Under the pieces are notes generated by a model. It saw only the letters and a program-made list of their open reading frames with translations, was not told the DNA's origin and did no database searches. The position numbers and the translations under genes were made by a program. Shown in pieces: positions 1-11,842 of a DNA stretch of 64,000 nt. Each line of letters begins with the position of its first letter. The first letter of the stretch is position 1. This DNA is from Malacoraja senta (taxonomy: Eukaryota). The stretch lies in assembly GCA_038087875.1 (NCBI GenBank), contig CM075988.1:7814001-7878000 (forward strand), written 5' to 3'.

Positions 1-300
1 TCAATCATGGCGGATCTATCTCTCCCTCCTAACCCCATTCTCCTGTCTCCTCCCCACAACCCCAGACACCTGTACTAATCAAGAATCTATCTATCTCTGC
101 CTTCAAAATATCTATTGACTTGGCCACCACAGCATTCTGACTAAAGAAATTCCTCCTCATCTCCTTCCTCAAGGAACATCCTTGAATTGTGAGGCTGTGC
201 CCCCTAGTGCTAGACTATCCCACTAGTGGAAACATCCTCTGCACATCAACTCTATCCAAGCATTTCACTATTCGGTAAGTTTCAATGAGGTCCCCCCTCA
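1..300 (-). mobile_element. CR1/HER1-type LINE 3' fragment
   Basis: Reverse complement of the CR1 3' sequence repeated at 31450-31780 and 37598-38270. Confidence 0.75.
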
Positions 301-1190
301 GCCAGCGAGTACAGGCCCAGTGCCGTTAACGCTATTATTTCAGTCACATTAACTGATACCAACCTTTTGCATCCATATTTCAATGCAATAGTGCATCTTT
401 TGTCTTACCTGAGAATAGAGACCACTCTTTCTTCATCACAGAATCTTGGTTATGGTGTCAATCATTTTATATCTACACTTCAACTTGCAATGACAAAAAA
501 ACAACACATTTTCCAGGCCCAGTTTTGGCCCGAGAATCTGAAGAAACAAAACATTACTTCTCCATGTTCTCCAGAGATGCTGCCTGACCCGCAGAGTTAC
601 TCCAGCACTTTGTGCCCTTTTGTGTATTAACCAGCAACTGCAGTTGTTTGTTTCTACTATTTAGAAACATAGAAAACATAGAAACATAGAAAGTAGGCGC
701 AGGAGTAGGCCATTCGGCCCTTCGAGCCAGCACCGCCATTATGATGATGGCTGATCATCCAGAATCAGCACCCTGTTACTGCTTTTTCCCCATATCCCTT
801 GATTTTTGTATGGATAATCCTGATGTAGACCCCCCCTCCCCCCCAACCCATGGTACATTATAACGAGGGTTTGCTGTATTTCTGTGGTATATAGGACACT
901 TTGGGGTATATAGTTTGCAGACTGTACCAGGTTATTAGTACTGACCAGTGAGTACACTGTGGATTTTGTGCTCGTAGTTCCAGATCTTTTACAAGTTCTG
1001 ACTGGGACTGGGGATATTTACGTGCGTGACTGTGTGGATGTTTGGAGCTAATGTGCGGCTAATGGCTGTGATTTTCTGGGGTTACTCTGCCCACAGGCAC
1101 CACATGACAAAGTACCAAGTTCCTCGAGTTTCTCAGCTCCTCTGCAGCCGTTCAGAGCTTTAGCCAGTCCAGTGAGCCCCTTCATCCTCA

Positions 1191-1411
1191 GGGGCCTGTC
1201 CCACTAGGGCGTCATTTGCGCGTCACGCAGATGGCGCGCAAAGATTTTGTACATCCCAAAATCCTGGGGCGCCGCGCGTGACCGCACGTCACTGCCTACG
1301 TCACCACGCACCATGAACACGTAATGTGCACCATGCGCGCGTCGTGCGTCGTGACGTGTAAATGATGTCGCGTAAATGACGTGCAAATGACGCCCAAGTG
1401 GGACAGGCCCT
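1191..1411. mobile_element. PIF/Harbinger-type MITE, CpG-rich subfamily
   Basis: TIRs GGGCCTGTCCCACT…AGTGGGACAGGCCC; closely similar to 31185-31398. Confidence 0.8.
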
Positions 1412-1516
1412 TAAGCGGAGTAAAATGACTGGGAAGAAGGAGGTTATGTCCAATTAACTTTAGATTTTTTTTTGATTTATTAAGTGGGCTAAAGTGTATT
1501 AGATTTTTTTGCAGTC

Positions 1517-1875
1517 CAGGTCCACCACCGATTCCCGTAGTTCCAGAGCCTTTCTGGATTATCCATTTACCGGACCAACAGAGGTCGCAGCCTCTGAGAG
1601 GAGATGAACAGTACCGGAACAAAAGTAATCTTGGCTGTGGGAACGGATTCTCTCCGGCTGGGCTGGAGTTCTAGAGCCCCAGCCACAGGAGACAAATTCG
1701 ACTCAACGACCAGCCACAGAAGTCCCGATGAGGTTGAGATCGGCCGCCTTACCTGGCCCAGGCTCCACATTTTCGGGGGGACTTCTGAGGGAGATTTTAA
1801 ATACACCCTCGTACTTTTGTCCGGATCAAAGGACGTGTAGGACCACCAGTTGCTGGAATATTGGTGGTCAACCTG
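1517..1875. mobile_element. Tc1/mariner (pogo/Tigger-like) MITE
   Basis: Imperfect TIRs CAGGTCCACCACCGATTCC versus rc CAGGTTGACCACCAATATTCC; TA follows the right end, but the left TA is not intact. Confidence 0.5.
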
Positions 1876-2440
1876 TATTTCAAGGTTTTAAATTTTGTAT
1901 CAAAGTTTGGCAGGCTGTGTCATAATTAACTGTCAAAGCTAATCCTGGGCAGGGCTTTTGCTTAAGAGTTACTCTCCTTGTGAAAGTTTGTACCAGGAAT
2001 CCACTCCATGTAAAAGTGGGTACAGTGATAGAGATGTACAGTGTGGAAACAAGTCATGTCCACACCAACCATCAACCAGACATTTTTTATGCTACCATCC
2101 CATGCACAGCTGGTAGAGCTGCAGCCACACAGCAGCAGAGAACCGGGTTTGATCCTGACCTCAGCTGCTGTCTGTGTGGAGTTCGCCCTGTGACTGCTTC
2201 CTCCGGGTGCTCCATTTTCCTCCCACATCCCAAAGACGTGCGGGTTTGTAGGGTAATTGGCCTCTGTGAAAGTAGTGGATGTAAAAGTGTGATAACTGAA
2301 CTAGTGAGAATCAGTGGTCAGCGTGCACAGTGCTGAAGGGGTTGTTTCTACGCTGCATCTCCAAACTAAAACTAAAATCCAAATCTATTATGTATTTCCC
2401 TCATCACATCAAGTCCTCCCAGATTCTACCATTCATCTAG

Positions 2441-2968
2441 ACACTGAAGATAGACACAAAATATTGGAGTAACTCAGCGGGCCAGGCAGCATCTCTGGTG
2501 AAAAGGAATAGGTGACGTTTTGGGTCGAGACCCTTCTTCAGACTGAGAGTCAGGGGAGAGGGAAATTTGAGGTATGAAAAGATACAGAACAAATCAGAGT
2601 CAGCACTGATGGCCAAAGAGCCCACAATTGTCCATTGTTGGCTGTGGAAGAGGTGATTACGAAGGACTATGAACAGTGACACTAGCAGGATGATTAGGTT
2701 GGGGAGGGGTGGAGAGAGAGGGAACGCAAGGGTTACTTGAAATTATAGAAATCAATATTCATACCGCTGGGTTGTAAGCCACCCAAACGAAATATGAGGT
2801 GCTGTTCTTCCAATTTGCGTTCCAGTGGAAGAGGCCCAGGACAGAAAGGTCAGTATGGGAATGGGAAGGGGAGTTGACGTGTGTGGAAACTGGGAGATCG
2901 CGTAGGCACAGGTGGACTGAGCATAGGTGTTCGGTGAAACGATCACCCAGTCTGTGCTTGGTCTCGCC
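2441..2968 (-). mobile_element. Penelope-like element 3' fragment: degenerate GIY-YIG endonuclease C-terminus, 3' UTR and terminal repeat
   Basis: Minus strand reads GETKHRLGDRFTEH… and, after a frameshift, RKLEEQHLIFRLGGLQPSGMNIDFYNFK* (stop 2733-2735), followed by the CTGAAGAAGGGTCTCGACCC repeat. Confidence 0.85.
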
Positions 2969-4194
2969 ACTGGGGAACTGCGACAGCTTACAGCAACAAA
3001 TTAACCTACTGCCCACAACATCCTTCGGATGTGGGAGGAAATTGGTGCACCGGTCCCAGGGTGCATGTGCAAATGAAACACAGACTGCACTGGAGGTCAG
3101 GACTCAACAATTCAGAGCTGAACGGCAGCCTTTCACTTGTTGAGGCTTCAGTAGAACAAGGACTTGCACGCCTGAATGTGGAAATCTGAGACTATCAGGG
3201 TGAAGCGTGGCACTGTGGGCACTGGCTGGGATTCCCAGAATTATATCATGGAATCCAACGTACATAATTACATGGATAGGACTTGTTTGGGGAGATCTGG
3301 ACCAAAAGCGGGCAGGGGGAACTAGTGTATCTGGAACATGTTGACTGGTGTGGGCAAGTTGGGCCGAAGGGCCTGTTTCCATACTGTCTCACTCTATCCG
3401 AACTAGGATCAGGAGCAGGCCACTCGGCTCCTCAAGCCTACTGCATTGATTGTTGGGTGCATTCCATTCTGCCTTTGATAACCATTCAGATCTTGAATTT
3501 GCATTCAGATCTTGCGACAAGCCAGACAGTCTTGGGATATGAGACCAGACTGAGCTCATTGGGATTCCTGGCCTCCTTCTATAATGCAAAGGGGAAATTG
3601 TACTTTTCTATTTTAAAGATTTTAGTTTTAGTTTACAGATGCAGCATGGAGACAGGCCCTTCAGCAAAGTCCACCATGATCATCGATCAATGATTCTTAC
3701 TAGTTGTTTTTTGTAATTGCTGCCAAATGTTTTATCTATTTTAATGTATTCTTTAAAACGACTGTCATTTTCGATATTTCAAGACCATAGTCTTATCTGC
3801 CATTTGATCACGGCTGATCTATTTTTGCTTCTCAACCCCATTCTCTTGCCTTCCCCCCGTAACCTTTGACGCCCTTACTGATAAACCTATCAACCTCCGC
3901 TTTAAAAATACCCAATGTCTTGGCCTCCACAGCCATTTGTGGCAATGAATTCCACAGATGTCACTATTCTTAGGGTGATCTTTAACCTCAGTACTTCTTA
4001 AGAAATTCCTCCTCATCTCCGTTCAAATTTTTCTATTTAGCATCAGTGTCAATATTTTAAAATGTACCTAAATGCTAAAGCTTCTAAAATCCTTGTGACC
4101 TTGACAGCAGACAAAGTCTCACCTCCATCTATGCCTTCAGATAAAAACTTTCTCTACCTGAGATATAGTCACTGCTCTGACCGCATCACAAACT

Positions 4195-4608
4195 CATCAA
4201 GAAGACTGGCTCCGTCCTGGGGGCAGAGTTGGATTCATGGGAGGTGGTCTTGGAGGGGAGGATGCTCCTCAAACTGCGGAGCATCCTGGACAATACAGCT
4301 CACCCCCTCCATGACACACTGGTCAACCTGAGGAGTACCTTCAGCATCAGACTGGTTCCACCAAGATGCAGGACAGAACGCCACAGGAGATCCTTCTTCC
4401 CTGTGGCTATCAAACTTTACAATTCCTTCTCTCCCTTCTGTCGGGGGGTAGACTGAGACTGAGACTGACCCCCCTCCCCAATCTTTGCACAGCCCCCAAG
4501 CCTTTCCACTCGTCACTTTAATTTCATGTTTCATGTATTTTGTGTTTTTATGACTGTTGGCAGATCAATTTCCCTCCTGGGATGAATAAAGTTCTACCGT
4601 ATCGTATC
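4195..4608 (+). mobile_element. Rex1/Babar-type LINE 3' fragment
   Basis: SILDNTAHPLH…RLVPPRCRTERHRRSFFPVAIKLYN C-terminal motif; 3' end with AATAAA and short tandem tail. Confidence 0.75.
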
Positions 4609-5612
4609 TCCCCATTATGTTTGGATTGTCCTCAAATGCTAGAGGCTTGAAGTTCCACAAAATAACATCATCTTGAGAGAAGCAAATGAGCAGCATTTTT
4701 AGATCACGGCAGTAAGTTGCTGGTTCGTTAACATGTCGTCAGGGATTTTCTAGGCCCTTGTGTCTCCTCTTTTGAAAGTTTTTTTTCTAAACCTATGAAA
4801 GTTTTTTCAAAACCTAATTTAGAAATTAATTGTTCTCGGGATAGTGGGCGACATTGTCCGGGAGGTATTTATTCGCCAGCTGTGGTTGACCTCAGGGCAA
4901 AGAATCAATCTTGCAACGTGGAGCTAGAATTTCATGTCGGCACTTGTTTCACCCAAAGGACATTTTCACATAATTCATAACTTGCCAGATTTATTGACTT
5001 GCCACTTTGCGAAGTGCACTTTGAAACCTTGGGTTTGCCAATTCTATAACAAAACCACAAACCAACTTACACCTTTTTTTAAAGAAAGCAAATTTTCAAT
5101 CATCATGCTTCATTTTTCTTTCCCTGGTTCAGTTTATCCTACCCTTTACCCTATTGTTAGATACATCCTAGTCCAATCCGAGCTAAAAGCACTATGGCAC
5201 TGCTTAAGTGAATGGATCATGATTTGCTTTAATTCTAGTATGGGTTATTGGTTAAAAATTATGAATAATCTCGTCCGCAGCCCTCATTTTTCATTACATT
5301 TTAATTTTCTTTATATCTCTAACAACTGATCATACTTGAAATGTGGAGAAATCAGCAATGTTTTACATTACTTATCTATTGTCAGTTGCCAGAATAGTTT
5401 GTAGTATAGAAATGTGTATGCATTAGCAGTGTATCGATGTGTATCAGGTTCAATGGCTTTTAGAAGCAGATGCCTTGAAATTTTAATCTAGTTGTGTTAA
5501 ATCTAGCCTACAGTCTGACAGTTAGCAAGATGTGAACCATTGCCCTGTGACATTGTAGACTCTAGGAACTGCAGATGCTGGTTAATACACAAAAGGGCAC
5601 AAACTGCTGGAG

Positions 5613-6486
5613 CAGTGTTTCCCAAAGTGGGGAACGCGTACCCCCAGTGGTACGCGAAAGGTCTTCAGGGGGTACGTGGCAATTTTCAGCTATTTACTAC
5701 TGAAACATAGATTCATTATTAGAAAAAAATACTGTGGTTACGAATTATTTTATACATGCATATTTGCAAATAAATTATATATTTCGTATGAATTCTCCTA
5801 CTCAAGTTGTGATAGCTGCTTCATTTGGGTAGTTTGCAGACTCCCGCGCGACAACTCGTAAATTTTCGTTCAGCCTCACTTGCCCGAATGGTTTGCACTT
5901 CATGTGCGTCAGTGACTAAAGGGCCTGTCCCACTTTCATGACCTAATTCACGACCTTTTTTACTCGTGGACATTCTTCATCAGGCTAGAAAAACGCCCCG
6001 ACCTACTTAATGCCACGAGTACCTACGACTAGCATCACGGCCTGCTACGACCTACCTACGACCTCCTACGACCTCGTGACGACCATGCTGCGAGTATGAG
6101 TCAAGGGCAAACTCGGCAGAGGTCGTGAATTAGGTCGTTGAAGTGGGACAGGCCCTTAAGAAAGAGTAATAATACGATCGTGGCTAAATGTCTTTCTAGC
6201 CCTTAAATTCCCAATTATGGATCATTGGTTAAAAACTGGGTGTATAAAACGCACAAAAGAGAGCAATAAGGAAGATAGAAGTAGCCACGGTAAACGAGAA
6301 AATGTCGATATATCTGGCCCATATGAATGTAATGAAATTGAGAAGGGTGTGCCACCTGACATCTCTAAAGGACCAACTAAGAAGATGGAGGAGAAACGTA
6401 GTAAGTACGATGTGTAACAAAGGGTACAAGATGCTTACGGAAAATGTTGTTGGGGTACACAGGTATCAACACTTTGGGAATCATTG
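5613..6486. mobile_element. Non-autonomous hAT (Charlie/Buster-like) element containing a nested MITE
   Basis: TIRs CAGTGTTTCCCAAAGTG / CACTTTGGGAATCATTG; 8-bp TSD tgctggag (5605-5612) / tgctagag (6487-6494). Confidence 0.85.
5920..6156. mobile_element. PIF/Harbinger-type MITE
   Basis: AGGGCCTGTCCCACTT…AAGTGGGACAGGCCCT with TAA on both sides. Confidence 0.85.
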
Positions 6487-6865
6487 TGCTAGAGAAACTC
6501 AGAAGGTCAAGCAGCATCTCTGGAAAACATGAAGAGCCTGAGGATAGGTCTCGACCCGAAACATCACCTGTCCATGTTCTCCAGAGCTGGTGCCTGGACT
6601 GCTGAGTTACTCCAGCATGCTGCGGCCTATGACATTGAGAAGACAGAAATAAGTTCAGGGAAGATAGACACAAAATGCTGGAGTAACTCAGCGGAACAGG
6701 CAGCGTCTCTGGAGAGAAGGAACGGGTGACGTTTCGGGTCGAGACCCTTCTTCAGACTCTTCCTAAACAAGTTCAGGGAACTTTATCTCAGATGGTCCAG
6801 CAAACTGCGTTGTGTGTAGAGAGGTGTGCCATTTCCATTGCAGACCAAGACAACTGAGACAATTG

Positions 6866-7410
6866 GGGCGGCACAGTGGCGCAGGGGTAGAGTTGCTGCC
6901 TTACAGTGCCAGAGACCCGGGATCGATCCTGACTACGGGTGCTGTCAGGGTGGTCTTAACAGCATTATAGGCCCCCGGGAAAAGCAGTGCACTGGGGCCC
7001 CTACACTTCCTGTTTCTTGATGCCGAATCAAATATGCCGTCATGCACTTGCGATGTTCTTCTCCGTTTTCATGTTCTACAATAACATTCTACAATACATA
7101 AATTAGCTTGGGGCCCCTATGCTCGTGGGGCCCCGGGCAACTGCCCAGCGTGCCCCTGCGTTAAGATGGCCCTGGGTTCTGGCTGTATAGGTTCTCCCCG
7201 TGATCTGCGTGGGTTTCCTACGGTATCTCTGGTTTTCTCCCATGCTAAAAATGTACAGGTTTGTAGTCTAATTGGCTCGGTAAAATTGTAAATTGTCCCT
7301 AGTGTGTGTAGGATAGTGTTAGGATGCGGGGATCGCTGGTCGGTGCGGACTCGGTGGGCCGAAGGGCCTGTTTCCACTCTATCTCTAAACTATAAACTAA
7401 ACCAAACTAA
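6866..7410 (+). mobile_element. HE1-like tRNA-derived V-SINE interrupted by a hAT MITE
   Basis: Head with A/B-box-like sequence (GGCACAGTGGCGCAG…GGATCGATCC), central domain GGTTTCCTCCCACA-like, tail GGGCCGAAGGGCCTGTTTCC plus (TAAAC)n. Confidence 0.85.
6946..7174. mobile_element. hAT-type MITE
   Basis: TIRs CAGGGTGGTCTTAAC / GTTAAGATGGCCCTG, subterminal GGGGCCCC motifs, degenerate 8-bp TSD ggtgctgt/ggttctgg. Confidence 0.7.
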
Positions 7411-7494
7411 TCTGAACTTCCAACTGAAGAGCCACATTGCCTCAAAGCAGTAGAATAGTTTAAGAGATGTTTTTGTGCAGCAGATGACTACAAC

Positions 7495-7765
7495 TAGTCA
7501 AGTCAAGTCAAGTGAGTTTATTGTCATGTGTCCCTGATAGGACAATGAAATTCTTGCTTTGCTTCAGCACAACAGAACATAGAAGGCATTGACTCCAAAA
7601 CAGATCAGTGTGTCCATATATCATTATATAAATATATACACACATGAATAAATAAACTGATAAAGTGCAAATAACAGATAATGGGCTATTAATGTTCATA
7701 GTTTTGTCCGAGCCAAGTTTAATAGCCTGATGGCTGTGGGGAAGTAGCTATTCCTGAACCTGGTC
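7495..7765 (-). mobile_element. Rex/L2-like LINE 3' end
   Basis: (TCAAG)n tail and TTTATTGTCA end; same family as 19045-19405. Confidence 0.65.
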
Positions 7766-8087
7766 ATTACTGAACTAGCAGGGTTCAATGAGTTAACAAT
7801 CAGACCTAGGTCTCAATTACTGATTGCAAAAGCTGAAAACGAAATGTGTCATAAAATTCTCATTTGCATATAATATTTAGTCTGCTTTACTTGTATTATT
7901 GGATTGATCTTCCTATATTATTTTGTCTATGTTTCCCTTATCGCTTTATTTGCCCTCACTGTGTCGTTTTGCCCCATTTGACTCTGGATTAATAAAACAG
8001 TATAACGTGAATACAGATTAGTTTGTGACAGAGGTTTCTAAAAAAGGGGGGAAAAAATCGTTATATTTGTGGTATATTTCTGTGCAG

Positions 8088-8185
8088 GTGGAACAATTTA
8101 CCAGCCGGTAACTATGGTAACCTCACAGGGTCAAGTGGTGACCCAGGCCATTCCGCAGGGTACTATACAGATCCAGAACACACAG
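8088..8185 (+). CDS. PKNOX2: PKNOX2 internal coding exon ((G)GTIYQPVTMVTSQGQVVTQAIPQGTIQIQNTQ)
   Basis: Acceptor tttctgtgcag|gt at 8087/8088, donor cag|gtgaga at 8185/8186; 98 nt, phase 1 to 0. Peptide matches my recollection of the vertebrate PKNOX2 segment YQPVTMVTSQGQVVTQAIPQG. Upstream exons were not found in the window. Confidence 0.95.
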
Positions 8186-10005
8186 GTGAGAGATTGTCAT
8201 TTTCTTTCAATTCCATGTATTTTCGGCTTTGAGAGGAAAGCATTAAAACCATCACGTCTGAAGCCTGAAGTATTTTGTGATTGAATTATGTCACCATGTG
8301 GTGCCAAGGGCTTCCTTACATCACGTTGAAAATTGGGCAGTGAGAAATCATGGGTTCAGTTGACTGTCTGACTTGGGGACTTACCTCTCACCAAAGGAGA
8401 AGAGGTACAGATCATGAGAGAGTATTGTGAACACCAGACTCGGGACAAGGTGATGGTTACATCCCCAGTGAAAATATCATTAATGCAGTGTTCTGACGTA
8501 ATTCCATTGAGATAATACTACATGTGTGAAAAATGGTTGAAGATGACTGGTGTCAGAATCTGTTGGGGCCCTGTGAAGATATTTATGAACTATATACAAT
8601 ACATGAGATCTGTCAGAAGAAGGGTCCTGTCCCAAAACGTCACCTTTCCAAGTCCTCCAGAGATGCTGCCTGACCCGCTGTGTTACTCCATCACTCTGTG
8701 CTCTAAAACATGAGATCTAATTATCACTTTGCTGTTCGGGAAATCATGATGTACACATTGGCTACCACCCTGTCTTCCAGCCTCAGTAGTTCAGATAATG
8801 AAATCTGCATCTGCAATAGCCACTTAAGGGTCCCGATCCAAAACGTCATGTCATTTCTTCATTATGCTACCTGACGAGTATCCACTATTCTTATGGTTTT
8901 ATTGTGCATGTCAAATTCGTCATAGAGTCATACTGCCCATGCCAACCAAAATGCCCCATCTACACTAGTCTCACCTGCTTGTGTTTGGCCATATCCCTCT
9001 AAACCTTTCCCATCCATGTACGTGTCCAAATGTCTTTTGAATGATATGTGCCATAATCACAAGCCCCTTGATCTCCCCACGCTCCTCCACCCACCCACCC
9101 CCCACCCCCCCACCTCCTCTGCCATGTTCCTTGCCTTCACGGCTGTCTTCACTATTGCTTCCATGAGGAGATCCCTTTAAACACTTCTTCACCTCCAGTT
9201 AATCGGCAAGTCCAGGGCAGTCACGCACTAAATGCAGCTCCATCGGTCCTCTTTAAGAGGAAAACATGCCATTGTGCAGCTTATTTCACTTTTTTGAATC
9301 CTTTTAGGATGTTCAAATGAGCAATAGCTCTCTATACAGCAAACGCTGACACCAAAAGAGGGTGCAATCCAACTTCTAGACACCTAGGTGCATAATCAAG
9401 TTATTTGGTTGGATATTCCATTTGGGATAATATCGCAATTTATTGCAATGTGTGAACAGTGACAGAAAACTGACACGGAATGTAATTATTGCAGTACCAT
9501 CCTGTACACCATTAACTGGATGGATCACACCAATTAAAAGAACGTTAATCACACCAAGGTTATCCTGCATTTATTTTCGGGCCATGAGTTCAGAGGAAGA
9601 ATGTGCTAGCTAGCTGTCAAATCTGAAGCAAAGTGACGATTTCTCATTGACTTTCACCAAATGATCCTGCATAGACACCTCATTATTTTTTTTGAATAAG
9701 TCGAATTCTGACAGAAATCTTTGTAAGTGCAACAATTCATTAGCACTTGCTGTGAGGCGATCACTTCAAGCCTCCGAGACTCTGGAGTAATTTAAGATAC
9801 CAAAAAAAATTACTTTATATAATGATGTAGTGCCTTAAAGTTGTCTTAATGATCATGGTGTCAGCAGAAATGTTCTGCATGATCAACTCTTACTGCATTG
9901 TTTGTGGAAGGAATTGGGGCCAATAGGGTGAAGAGATAAATCATGAGCCGGACATTCGTTGAAGGTCCGTCAAGATAGAAGCCCACACCGTTATCTCCCA
10001 CCTTT

Positions 10006-10448
10006 CAGGGACGGAAATCCTGGGGGGAGGGGGGGACAGGGGGGACACGCCCCCCTCCCCTGCTTTTAGAGGTGGGGGACGATCCCCCACCCCCCCATGT
10101 TTTGTAATCCGGACTTTATCAGATGCTTTCTAAGGGCTGAATCGGCCCGTTCGCGGGGCCTTTCAGTGCCCGGCGCGGCTTAAAATCAAACTGCTGCATC
10201 GAGGGCATCGAGGCTCCCGATGTTGATTTGGGCCGATTCAAGCCCCACGATTCGGGGCGGACGAAGCTGCTGTTGCTGGAGTTCGGAGTCGGTCACCAAC
10301 CAGGTCAGCTCCCGATGTTACCGTCCACAGGGCCCACGGCCGAAGCCTCGCGTGAGTGCGCGCGTGCACTTGTGTGTGTGCGCATGCGCGCGCGCGGCCG
10401 CCAATAATTTGTGTCCCCTGCATTTTTTGATAGCGATTTCCATGCCTG
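10006..10448. mobile_element. hAT-type MITE, GC/CpG-rich
   Basis: Perfect 8-bp TSD ccaccttt (9998-10005, 10449-10456); imperfect TIRs CAGGGACGGAAAT / ATTTCCATGCCTG. Confidence 0.85.
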
Positions 10449-11842
10449 CCACCTTTATCCATACATAAAGCAGGAGCAGGTTATTCAACCCACGAACATG
10501 CTCCCTCACCGCTTCTCCAGAACTAGATCTTGATCGACTTACACTTCAATTCCAGTTCACCCCTCTTTGCTCCAGATTGCTTGACAACCAAGTTAGCTAA
10601 CGTACCTCAGTCACTAAAGTTCCAATCCTTCCTCAGCATCCATCTTTTTTGGCACAGGGAATTTCAGTTTTCCAAACCCCCCCTTCCCATCCTCCAACAC
10701 TGGAGGTGGAGATGAACAGGACATGACACTGGTGTGGAGTGACTTTGAAAAGACCGTCATAATGCTTTAACTCGGCAGGTCAGGTCAAATCTCTGAAGAA
10801 TTTGAATAGACGATATTTTGAGTCATAGAAGAAAGGCTCCGATCCGAAACGTCACCTATCCATGTTCTCCAGAGATGCTACCTGACCCGCAGAGTTACTC
10901 CAGCACTTTGTGTGTTTTTCTTCTGTAAATCAGCATCTACAGTCTCTTTTGTCCTCATAACGTTGTACCCTGGAATCACTTTCCCTTTAATCTCCTCTGT
11001 TCCAAAGAAAACAACCCCAGCCTATTCAGGCTTCCCCATAGCTCAAATGTTTAGTTCCTCTGCAACTATTCCAATCCAATTACTCCTTTCTTGGAATGTG
11101 TATGTTGCTTGCTACTTATTTGGGACTAACATGATCTGGCTCCAACGACCAGGGCTGTCTTTTTTGGCTCTGGTCCACCTTCATGGCTCACCATCTGCTT
11201 CACTAGATGATGGATTCTACCTTAACCTCTTTTTATCCACTGTGTTCCAGACCCCTATTACCCACTGAGTGAAAAATATTTACCTCAGCCCTTCTCTAAT
11301 CCTTTTGCCAATTGCATTGTATCTGCAGCCCCCATTGTTTCCAGCCCTTCTGCTGAAGGAGTGAGTTCTCTTCCGCCCCAGCTGAAATGCTGGCTGTAGT
11401 TTTGCTTTGACTCCTTCTTGTCACACTCCATCATGTTTTGCCTTGCAGTCGAGGACATCCATACTCCTTCCCCTTTGAAACTCAGTTCTTTGCATCCACG
11501 TGTCGACCAAGGTTGAAGTCTGAAGGGGAGTGGTCTTGGTAAAAACGCCTTTGGTGTAGCTGTGCTGGGATAACAGCACAGCTGGTGCGAGAGCACAAAC
11601 CCCCTGGAATATGGCCAAGATGTTGCTCTGTAATATTATAGTGTCTATATACAGTTTATTTGATTATGGAATGGAGTCACTGTCAATACCTGATTGTGTT
11701 AAAGAAGGAACTGCAGATGCCGGAAAATCGAAGGTACACAAAAATTCAGCGGGTGCAGCAGCATCTATGGAGCGAAGGAAATAGGCAACGTTTCGGGTCG
11801 AAACGTTACCTATTTCCTTCGCTCCATAGATGCTGCTGCACC

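Noticed and set aside
1..8087. Upstream PKNOX2 exons (MEIS/HR domain)
   Set aside because: No matching peptide recognised; they probably lie 5' of the window, though a short diverged exon could have been missed.
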